Shown: piece by piece, positions 51,813-59,872 of the stretch
Position numbering within the stretch: position 1 is the stretch's first letter
Layout: the number at the start of each line of letters is the position of its first letter
The notes under the pieces: model-generated
The model's input: only the letters and a program-made list of their open reading frames with translations
Told to the model about the DNA's origin: nothing
The model's database searches: none
Made by a program: the position numbers and the translations under genes
From: Alphaproteobacteria bacterium
GTDB taxonomy: Bacteria; Pseudomonadota; Alphaproteobacteria; GM7ARS4; G965262615
Assembly: GCA_965262615.1 (NCBI GenBank)
Contig: OZ253545.1
Coordinates: 640,001-704,000, forward strand
Reading direction: 5' to 3'
Length of the DNA: 64,000 nucleotides

Positions 51813-52844
51813 ATGACATCATTCAAAAAAGTAGCTCTCGGAAAAGTAGCTCTCGTTCTTAGTTTTTGTGCGTTGGGTGCTTTGTCGGTTCAGGATGCCG
51901 ATGCCCAGCGGCGCAGTAGGGGCATGACCCAATCAAGCGACACCGATTTTTATGTGGTGGCGCGCGGGTCGTATCCCTTTACCAGCATCACCAGAATTGG
52001 TGGCGCGGGGATTCTTGGTTTTGGCTATCGTGCTGACGAGATTTTTCGCGCTGAGCTGGAATTAATCTATGGTGCGATCACCGCTGAGGTGGAGGAATCC
52101 GGCTCTGGTCCGGTGCGTCCCAATCCATTCGCGGGGGCGAGTCAAACCAATCCCACTTTGATTGATCCGACCATTCCCGTCAATTTTGAAGCCGACAATG
52201 ACAACTTCCTGTTCATGGCAAACTTCTACCTTGATATGCCCTTCTTTCCCAAACAATGGCGCGTGAAGCCCTATGTGGGATTTTCTTTTGGCTATGCTAA
52301 CACCAACACCACGCCCGATTACGGCAATGCCGGTGATGTGGCAGACGCGGCGGTTCCTGTGGCGGCTGGGTTTGAGAGATTGATTAACCCCGCTTCCGCT
52401 AACACGAATCCCTTGAAGGGTGCGGGGCAGACATATCTCACAAATGTCTATAATGCCATACCCGCCGCCCTTAAAACGGCTGCGAGTCTTCCCAATGCTT
52501 TGAATTACACGGTTGGAACAGGTGCGACACAATTCGGTGGACAGGCTCAAAGCTTGGCGCGCGCTCTTGCTTACGCCACCATCGCTCAAGGAATTGTTAA
52601 TGGTGGGAATGCGCCGAATCCCGCTAATAACAATGCACTTGAATTCGTTCCCGGCATCAAACAAAACATTCCTGTGGGTGAGCTGCAGTCATTGGTTGTG
52701 GGTGCTATGGCGGGTTTCACTGTGGATGTGGGACACAATATTTTCGTGGATACCGGCTATCGCTTCATGCGGGCGCAGAAGGAAATCAAAAACTTCCACG
52801 AAATTCGGCTCGGTGTCGGATACAACTTCGCTGTTAACTACTAA
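51813..52844 (+). CDS. Outer-membrane beta-barrel protein with a large inserted extracellular loop
   Basis: GGAGG SD, signal peptide ending ADA, FRAELE, MANFYLD, PYVG, then a ~115-aa Ala/Asn/Gly/Pro-rich insert, then MAGF, DTGYR and HEIRLGVGYNF. Confidence 0.8.
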   Translation: MTSFKKVALGKVALVLSFCALGALSVQDADAQRRSRGMTQSSDTDFYVVARGSYPFTSITRIGGAGILGFGYRADEIFRAELELIYGAITAEVEESGSGPVRPNPFAGASQTNPTLIDPTIPVNFEADNDNFLFMANFYLDMPFFPKQWRVKPYVGFSFGYANTNTTPDYGNAGDVADAAVPVAAGFERLINPASANTNPLKGAGQTYLTNVYNAIPAALKTAASLPNALNYTVGTGATQFGGQAQSLARALAYATIAQGIVNGGNAPNPANNNALEFVPGIKQNIPVGELQSLVVGAMAGFTVDVGHNIFVDTGYRFMRAQKEIKNFHEIRLGVGYNFAVNY

Positions 52845-53023
52845 GGTGGATGTGATGCCAAAGACATGATGCAAAAGATTAAGGGGGAGGCGTTTTCTTT
52901 TTGTCTCTCCCTTTTTCTTTTGTTTTATCTCTTGTGTCTGTGCTTAAATTATGGCACAGTGCCGTCATCTTGATTCCTCTTGCGAGGAATAAACAACCGA
53001 CAGATTTGTGAAGGAGCAAACTG

Positions 53024-53299
53024 ATGACTTTGTGGAACAACAATAAAATGGTGTTGCTGGCGGCGGGACTGTGTTTGATCATAGCCACACCCTCCCATGC
53101 ACAGCAAAAACAAATGAAAGATGAGTCTGTGGTAGACCAGCTGACCGATACCGTCTCCGAAGTGGCGGATGAAGTCTCCGAAGTGGCGGGGGATGTCGCC
53201 GAGGAAGTTTCTGAAGTGGCGGGTGATGTCGTGGAGGAAGTGTCCGAAGTGGCGGAGGATGTCGCAGAGGAATTGTCCACAATGACTGACGACAAGTGA
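53024..53299 (+). CDS. Small secreted acidic protein with 11-aa repeats (VSEVAGDVAEE)
   Basis: AAGGAG SD, signal peptide ending SHA, and 33-bp repeats. Confidence 0.75.
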   Translation: MTLWNNNKMVLLAAGLCLIIATPSHAQQKQMKDESVVDQLTDTVSEVADEVSEVAGDVAEEVSEVAGDVVEEVSEVAEDVAEELSTMTDDK

Positions 53300-53462
53300 G
53301 CGGCTTGAGGCGGCGTTTGCAAAGGGGGAGGCGTTTTGTCTCTCCCTTTTCTTTCGCTTTATCCATTGTATCCCCCTTGTATCCAATGACAAAGTATGGC
53401 ATAATGGTGTCACATGGTTCCTCGTGAGGAACAGACTTGCAGATTTGTGAAGGAGCAGATTG

Positions 53463-54413
53463 ATGACTTTATGGACCAACAACAATCATGAAATCACTGT
53501 GTCGCGCGGCGTGGCAGCGTTTTGGGCGGCAGCACTGTGTCTTGTCATAGCCACACCCCTCTACGCACAAGAAGAGGAAGGTGAGTTTGAAGAGTATGAA
53601 TTCGCCCAAGACGAATTCGAAGAGTTCGCTGACGAGGAGGTCGCCGAAGATGAAGAAATGTTCCTCACTGAAGATGACTTTGCTTATGAGGAATTCGCCG
53701 AAGATGAGGAAATGACCGCCTTCACCAATGAAATGATTGAGCAAGAACTGGCAATGGAAGCCGCCAGACGCAGAGGCGGTGTGGTGGATGAATTGTCCAA
53801 ACAAACCAGACAGGCGTTTCGTGATGTGACTCGTGGCATCTCAAAGGAACTGCGGCTGGATAGCCGTCGGCTGGGCAAAGGCGATGCCTATTGGGTTGTG
53901 CGTGGCGGAATGCAAAGCGATGATGATGTCAATTACAATGGCGGCATGGGGTATTTGGCTCATGGCGTGCGTCTCGGCGGCGGATTTTTCAGAACAGAAC
54001 TGGAGATCGGCTATGGCGAAGCGCGCGTTGAGAAAAAACAAGACGACCTCGTGGGACAGGATTATGAACTTCGCAACCGTAACCTGTCGGTTTTTGTCAA
54101 TGGATATTTTGATGTGGCATCCCGTGCCATCAATTATGTTGTCCCCTATGTGGGAATTGGTTTTGGCTACATTCACGCCGAATCAACCCTGCGTGCCCCT
54201 GAGGAAATCTTGCGGCGGGATTTAGCAGCCAACAGCAAGCATGATCTCCATGCCATTGGCTTATCCGCAATGGCAGGATTTTCACTCTTGGTGGGTGAGT
54301 TTCACCATTTGGATTTGGGATACCGTGCCGTGCGCACCAGCAGGGCGCCCGATGTGGAAGATTGGCACGAAGCGCGTATCGGTTTTTCTCGTTCTTTCGT
54401 CAGTGACTGGTGA
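53463..54413 (+). CDS. Outer-membrane beta-barrel protein with a highly acidic N-terminal domain
   Basis: Signal peptide, E/D/F-rich stretch, FRTELEIGY, VNGYFD, PYVGIGFGY, DLGYR and HEARIG. Confidence 0.8.
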   Translation: MTLWTNNNHEITVSRGVAAFWAAALCLVIATPLYAQEEEGEFEEYEFAQDEFEEFADEEVAEDEEMFLTEDDFAYEEFAEDEEMTAFTNEMIEQELAMEAARRRGGVVDELSKQTRQAFRDVTRGISKELRLDSRRLGKGDAYWVVRGGMQSDDDVNYNGGMGYLAHGVRLGGGFFRTELEIGYGEARVEKKQDDLVGQDYELRNRNLSVFVNGYFDVASRAINYVVPYVGIGFGYIHAESTLRAPEEILRRDLAANSKHDLHAIGLSAMAGFSLLVGEFHHLDLGYRAVRTSRAPDVEDWHEARIGFSRSFVSDW

Positions 54414-54443
54414 GGGAACTTCACTCCAAACAATGAGGGTAAC

Positions 54444-54689
54444 ATGAAGAAGCTTCTTCAAGACAAAGTGACGGTCATGCAGGCATCTTACGGTTCTGTG
54501 GCTGTTTTTTTGGCGATTGCCAGTGCCTTTGGCAGTCCGATGGTGTTCGGTTTCATGACTTTGTTCGGCGTTGCGGCTGTTGTGGTGGCTGCGCTGGCGA
54601 TTCTGAGCGGTGAACTGGTGCATGGCGCATTGGCAATTGTGTTGGCGATCTATATCGCCACCATGAGCGGCGGTATGATGCCCATGTAA
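54444..54689 (+). CDS. Small membrane protein (about 3 TM helices)
   Basis: GAGGG SD and a hydrophobic 81-aa product. Ends just before the 5S precursor stem. Confidence 0.65.
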   Translation: MKKLLQDKVTVMQASYGSVAVFLAIASAFGSPMVFGFMTLFGVAAVVVAALAILSGELVHGALAIVLAIYIATMSGGMMPM

Positions 54690-54711
54690 TCACACGATTT
54701 GAAACTGGGTG

Positions 54712-54828
54712 GTCTGGTGATGATGGCGAGGAGCTCAGCACCCGATCCCATTCCGAACTCGGAAGTGAAATTCCTCAGCGCCGATGGTACTGCGTCTTAA
54801 GGCGTGGGAGAGTAGGTCGTTGCCAGAC
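54712..54828 (+). rRNA. rrf: 5S rRNA
   Basis: TCTGGTG...CACCCGATCCCATTCCGAACTCGGAAGTGAAA...CGCCGATGGTACT...GGGAGAGTAGGTCGTTGCCAGA. Flanking stem TGAAACTG/CAGTTTCA. Confidence 0.97.
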
Positions 54829-54842
54829 TTCTCAGTTTCACG

Positions 54843-54876
54843 AACACGCCCCCTCTTGTGAGGGGGCGTGTTTTTT
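54843..54876 (+). terminator. Intrinsic terminator after the 5S rRNA
   Basis: AACACGCCCCCTC-TTGT-GAGGGGGCGTGTT followed by a T-tract. Confidence 0.9.
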
Positions 54877-54897
54877 AATCATCAATCAGAAAATACG

Positions 54898-55572
54898 ATG
54901 GAATTATTCTCCCCAGAATGGCTATTGGCTCTCAGCAGCATCATTGTGATTGACCTCGTCTTGGCGGGAGACAATGCTCTGGTGATCGCCATGGCGGCGC
55001 GCCACTTGCCTGACCATATGCGGGGGCGAGTCATCATGTGGGGAATTGGCGGGGCTATTGTCACGCGCATTTTGTTTGTGATGATTGTGGTGGAGCTCTT
55101 GCGCGTGCCGGCACTGTCCTTTATTGGCGGGCTGCTTCTCATGGTGATTGCCGTCAAACTGGTCAATCAATCCCATGGAGAGGCACATCAAACGGTTGCG
55201 ACAAATTTTTGGCGCGCCGTCATGACCATCATCATGGCGGACACCGTGATGAGCTTGGACAATGTGCTTGCCATTGCGGGGGCATCACGGGGCAGCTATG
55301 ATTTGGTGATTTTTGGCTTGGCTTTGACCATTCCCATCATTGTGTGGGGCAGTCAGTGGTTTGGGCGATTGCTTGAGCGGTATTCGCGTTTTTTGTATGT
55401 GGGCAGCTTTGTTCTGTTTTGGACGGCGGCTAGCATGATGCGGCGCGATCCCATCATCATTGATGACGGATGGGCTTTTTCTTGGGTGACCGATGTGATA
55501 GCCTCCGTGCTGTGCGTTGCCGCACTTGTGCTCTATAAAATGAAAAAAGGAGAATGGCATCGTGAATCATAG
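54898..55572 (+). CDS. TerC/YjbE-family membrane protein
   Basis: IDLVLAGDNALVIAMA and ADTVMSLDNVLAIAG. Confidence 0.92.
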   Translation: MELFSPEWLLALSSIIVIDLVLAGDNALVIAMAARHLPDHMRGRVIMWGIGGAIVTRILFVMIVVELLRVPALSFIGGLLLMVIAVKLVNQSHGEAHQTVATNFWRAVMTIIMADTVMSLDNVLAIAGASRGSYDLVIFGLALTIPIIVWGSQWFGRLLERYSRFLYVGSFVLFWTAASMMRRDPIIIDDGWAFSWVTDVIASVLCVAALVLYKMKKGEWHRES

Positions 55573-55990
55573 CCACAGAACAATCTTTTATGTGACCTGT
55601 CACTGTTTCACCGGCTGCATGATTGGCGAGACGGCGGGGCTGATGATTGGCATCTCACTGGGATGGTCGGTGGCGGCAACCATTGCATTGGCGGTGGTGC
55701 TCGCTTTTGTGGTGGGGGTCTCCCTTGCCATTTACACGGTGATGCGGCGGGAGGGATTATCATGGATTGACAGTTTGCAGCGCGTGTGGTTGGGGGAAGT
55801 GGTATCCATTTCTGTCATGGAGTTGGTGATGAATGTCACCGATTATCATATGGGGGGCGTGTCGGTGCAGAGTCTTGCCGACCCGTTGTTCTGGCAGGCT
55901 TTGGCGGTGGCGGGAATTGCGGGATTTGTGGCGGCGTATCCTGTCAATGGATGGCTTTTGCGGCACTCTCTTAAATCATGCGGTCATTAA
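55562..55990 (+). CDS. DUF4396-family membrane protein
   Basis: T.HC..GC.IGE..G, SISVME and GFVAAYPVN.WL. Confidence 0.85.
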   Translation: MNHSHRTIFYVTCHCFTGCMIGETAGLMIGISLGWSVAATIALAVVLAFVVGVSLAIYTVMRREGLSWIDSLQRVWLGEVVSISVMELVMNVTDYHMGGVSVQSLADPLFWQALAVAGIAGFVAAYPVNGWLLRHSLKSCGH

Positions 55991-56008
55991 AAAGCAAAGG
56001 AGGCGAGC

Positions 56009-56602
56009 ATGACGATAATTTTTATGACACCACTGCTTGTGCCATCGGTGGCACTGGCGCATCATTTTATGGACGGCGATACGCCTCGTTTTTGGTACGA
56101 GGCGTTGGTGTCGGGATTGGCGCATCCCGTGATTGGTTTTGATCATTTGCTCTTTGTGGTGGCGTGTGGATGGGTCGCCTACGGTTTTTTGCACAAGCGA
56201 TGGCTGCCCTTTGTGCTCATTGGCGGAACGGTGCTGGGATGCTATGCCCATGTGACGCAATTGGGGATGACGGTGGCAATGATTGCCATTGAATCATGGA
56301 TTGCGGTGACTCTCATGGTGATGGGGGTGCTGGTTGCTCTGTCGGTGTCACTGCCTTTGGTATTGTGGGTGAGTTTTTTCGCAGTGGCGGGCATCATTCA
56401 CGGCTATGCCTATGGTGAGACCATTGAGGGTGCGAGCGGTCTTGTCACGCTGTTTTATGTGGTGGGTTTTGCCTTGATGCAATACGCCATGATGGCACTG
56501 ATGGCGCGCGCTGTGAATTATTCGTCCGAATTGCGCGCGGTGCGCGCTGGGCAGATGGGCGGTGCACTGCTGTGTGTGTGGGCGACAGTCATGATGCTGT
56601 AA
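56009..56602 (+). CDS. HupE/UreJ-family Ni/Co transporter
   Basis: ALAHH, SGLAHPVIGFDHL and HGYAYGE. Confidence 0.9.
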   Translation: MTIIFMTPLLVPSVALAHHFMDGDTPRFWYEALVSGLAHPVIGFDHLLFVVACGWVAYGFLHKRWLPFVLIGGTVLGCYAHVTQLGMTVAMIAIESWIAVTLMVMGVLVALSVSLPLVLWVSFFAVAGIIHGYAYGETIEGASGLVTLFYVVGFALMQYAMMALMARAVNYSSELRAVRAGQMGGALLCVWATVMML

Positions 56603-56704
56603 ATTGTTGGCAGGCGGCACGTGTGACGCGCTTCGCGGCGCACTGCTGTGTGTGGGCGACAGTCATGATGCTGTAATTTGTTGGCAGGCGGCGCGTGTGA
56701 CGCG
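56564..56704. repeat. Imperfect direct repeat (~66 bp, period 76) spanning two convergent gene ends
   Basis: GCACTGCTG(TG)nGGCGACAGTCATGATGCTGTAAWTTGTTGGCAGGCGGCRCGTGTGACGCG occurs at 56564 and 56640. Confidence 0.9.
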
Positions 56705-58279
56705 TTCCTCATGCTGACGCTGCACATACAGTCCCCAATTGGTGGTGAGACACAATTCTTTTGGAGGCAGATAGACATAGTCGGGGCGCGTCTCCATATA
56801 GACCATCAGGGCGGCAAAAAGCGAATTGGCGATGTCATCTTGGGTCATGTCTTTTTTGTAGATGTGATAAAAGACATGATTCATGGGAATGGCAATGAGG
56901 TTTGCCTTGCCAAAGGAATGCTCATAGTTCCACTTGTTGTGACCGATCGCGCCACTGCCACGCACGGGTTGGTGAGCGATGACTTTGTCGGCTTTGCCGA
57001 GAAAATCCACCACATGATAGTCACTCATATAATAGGGAAGCGTTCCCAGATAAAAGACTCCCAGTGAGCCTTCATTGGGGCTGAAGGCGGCGCGTAGCGG
57101 GCGAATCAATGCCATTTGCGAGACCACCGCATCATTGATGCAAAAGAAGCAATTCACCTGACGCTCTTTGAAAGCTTGAATGCGCTCCGACAGATGATAG
57201 GACGAAAACAGCGCAATCACCATCACGAAAGAAGCCAGCGCGCCTTGACGGTGGGTCAATTGAATGGTGGTCACACAATGGAAAAACAGCACCACCATGA
57301 TGGCAAAGGGCGCATAGAAAAAACGCCCATAGCTGAAGGCATCACCGCCGATGGTGACCACATAGAGAGCGTGCAACAGCAGCGAGCTCACAATAAGAGC
57401 GCGCCCTTCATTGATGTGTTTGCGCTGATAAAACCAATACACACCACTCGTGAGCAGCATCAACGGATAGTAAGAGCTCTTGCTGATGTGGATTATGTAG
57501 GACAAGCCTCCCAGCCATCTGTTGTCGTATCCTGTGGCTTTGAGATAGTAGGTGTTGGGCATGATGTCGCCATAAAAGTGAAGCATCATCCAAAGATACG
57601 CGATGAGACACGCCGCCGCCAGCGTCAGATAGATGATTGGGCGGGCGATGGCATGGCGTTGGGTGTCTTTCAGGCGTAGCAGGCATAGGATGGCAGGAAG
57701 CACGATGAGCGGCGCGCTGTCAGGGCGTATGAGAAACGCAATGGCGAGCATCAGGGTGCACAGTGCCAGCTGATGGGCATTGAGTTTTTTCTCATGATAA
57801 ATGGCGGCAAAGGCGATGGTGACAAACAACGCCTGCGGCACATGCTCCCACGCTGATATGCCGTAAAACAAAAACGGTGGACTCAACAAAATGGCGGCAA
57901 AAATCCAGACGCTGTGGTTGCGCTCCACAAGCAATGAGGCTCGCCATGCCGTTGCAATCGCACACCCAATGGACAGCAAGAACAACACCGCCACAGGAAC
58001 AGCCGCCGGTGTCAGGGCAAAAAACGGTGAGATCATCATCACATAAAACAGTGAGCTGGTGGCGGCGACGGCTTCATCAAGATTGATGTAGGGAACGCCG
58101 TGTTCATAAAAATGAAGGGCGGCGCGAAAATTAATGTAGGCATCATCGCGATGGATGAGATAAGACTCCTCTTCAACGAGGGCGATGGTGTAGTCAGACA
58201 GCAACAAAAAGGCGGTGATGCTGGCCACCACGATGAGACTTCTGATGAGCACCGAAGAAAAAGAATATGACGAGGTCAT
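56663..58279 (-). CDS. Putative GT-C membrane glycosyltransferase (AftB-like)
   Basis: DDAYI.FR, RPD, YG..MPNTYY.K, GGD..GRF and DFLG..D..IAH, with many TM helices. Confidence 0.75.
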   Translation of the reverse strand: MTSSYSFSSVLIRSLIVVASITAFLLLSDYTIALVEEESYLIHRDDAYINFRAALHFYEHGVPYINLDEAVAATSSLFYVMMISPFFALTPAAVPVAVLFLLSIGCAIATAWRASLLVERNHSVWIFAAILLSPPFLFYGISAWEHVPQALFVTIAFAAIYHEKKLNAHQLALCTLMLAIAFLIRPDSAPLIVLPAILCLLRLKDTQRHAIARPIIYLTLAAACLIAYLWMMLHFYGDIMPNTYYLKATGYDNRWLGGLSYIIHISKSSYYPLMLLTSGVYWFYQRKHINEGRALIVSSLLLHALYVVTIGGDAFSYGRFFYAPFAIMVVLFFHCVTTIQLTHRQGALASFVMVIALFSSYHLSERIQAFKERQVNCFFCINDAVVSQMALIRPLRAAFSPNEGSLGVFYLGTLPYYMSDYHVVDFLGKADKVIAHQPVRGSGAIGHNKWNYEHSFGKANLIAIPMNHVFYHIYKKDMTQDDIANSLFAALMVYMETRPDYVYLPPKELCLTTNWGLYVQRQHEERVTRAACQQITAS

Positions 58280-59745
58280 GGCTGTGTTCCTTGCGGCTTG
58301 ATGATGACATAGGTAAAGCCCATCGGCGGCAGGTGCGCGCCATCATAGGGAACGGTGAGATTTTGTGGAGGGCTGGCATCAAAGCGTTGCAGGGTGAGGA
58401 GGTCTTCTTCTGTCATTGTGCCGTGTCTCCAGATGAGCAACGCGCCTTTGGCGGCAATGGCATCATCGGTAATCCATGGCGCGGTTTGTTGATTGAGTCC
58501 TCCCCAAAATGAGGGTTTGTCCTTGTTATGAAAAGCGACCATCAGAGCTTCCCAGCCGCCGCCCACAATGGCAAGAGGTGCGCCATGGGTGGCATCGTCC
58601 CATTGGCGTTCCATCTGCCGTGTGATGGCGTGTGCGGGCGCGTGAATTTTTGACACCTTGCCAAGAAGATGAGGAGATGCGGCACGCGCCACGCCGTATC
58701 CGATTGCAAGCAGTATGACGACAATTGCGCCATACAGAACGATTTTGCTCAGCACATCCTCACGCCAGCGATGGCTCAGCGCGCCCACCACGAGAACGCC
58801 CCACAGAATCGTCATGGGCACAGCCCATTTGGTCATGGCTCCTTGTCCCAGCAGCAGTGCGAGGATGAAAGTCAGACACACAGGCACAAGGGCAAAAAAG
58901 ACAATAAAATCGCCATGAGGTGACGGCAGTTTGATGTCTTTATGGAGACCTCCCGCCAGCCACACAACAATAAAAAGTGCCCCGTGATTGAGAACTTGCG
59001 CCGGAAGAAACAAGAGGATTTTATCAATGCCTTCGTGTGCTCGTGTTTGGGCGTAATCAAAGGTGAGCATCCAGTTGTCCATCAGCCACGCCAGCAGTGG
59101 CAGCATGATGACGAACGCAATGAGTGCTGTCAGATAGGGATAGACGGTTGCGAGATGACGGCGAGCGTGCGAGTTGACGATCATCCACAGGGCAATTGTC
59201 ACATAAAGAATTACCACCGCATATTTGGCGTAAAAAGCCACCCCCGCAATGACTCCCAGCAGCAGCCACCACCATCGGTTGTGGGCTGTCTTTTGGGTGG
59301 CATGAAACAGGGCAAGCATCGCCGCCGCCCACAGTGGCATTTGCATGACATTGTGATTGAACTCAACCGACTGGGTGGAATAATAAACGGTGACCATCAT
59401 CAAGACGGTGGCGGCAAGGGCGCGTTTGTCATGTTGTAACAGGTGACATCCCAAGCGATACATGAGCCACAGCGTCATGAGGAGACACATCTGCGCCGCC
59501 ACATAGCCACCCCAGGTGGCTTGTCCCGTGAGATTTTCCAATCCATGCAAAATGAAGGCAGGCAAGGAGGGATGTTTATGACTGGCTATGATGCCCTCGC
59601 GTCCCCACAGGGTGCTTTCCATGATGTCCATAGGAACGCTGTGATAGACCAGCATGGGAGTCGCCACCCACAGAACCAATTGCAACAGCATCAAAACAGC
59701 CAGTGTGCGGTGTGGTTGAGAGAGCATGGATGCGGCGAGAGGCAT
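58276..59745 (-). CDS. Glycosyltransferase family 39/ArnT-like membrane protein
   Basis: DI.E...WG, KHP.LP, FNHN, AKY and P.L.W, with many TM helices. Start is uncertain (up to 59799). Confidence 0.8.
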   Translation of the reverse strand: MPLAASMLSQPHRTLAVLMLLQLVLWVATPMLVYHSVPMDIMESTLWGREGIIASHKHPSLPAFILHGLENLTGQATWGGYVAAQMCLLMTLWLMYRLGCHLLQHDKRALAATVLMMVTVYYSTQSVEFNHNVMQMPLWAAAMLALFHATQKTAHNRWWWLLLGVIAGVAFYAKYAVVILYVTIALWMIVNSHARRHLATVYPYLTALIAFVIMLPLLAWLMDNWMLTFDYAQTRAHEGIDKILLFLPAQVLNHGALFIVVWLAGGLHKDIKLPSPHGDFIVFFALVPVCLTFILALLLGQGAMTKWAVPMTILWGVLVVGALSHRWREDVLSKIVLYGAIVVILLAIGYGVARAASPHLLGKVSKIHAPAHAITRQMERQWDDATHGAPLAIVGGGWEALMVAFHNKDKPSFWGGLNQQTAPWITDDAIAAKGALLIWRHGTMTEEDLLTLQRFDASPPQNLTVPYDGAHLPPMGFTYVIIKPQGTQP

Positions 59746-59872
59746 GGAGGTAGATGTATCACCTCGCCGTTGCAAATGAAAGTGACAAGCCGTTGTCACT
59801 GTTTGACATTACAGCCCCAATTGATACATATTAGGAGAGGGTTATGAGAGGGTTTTTGATGCGGGTTCGGCT

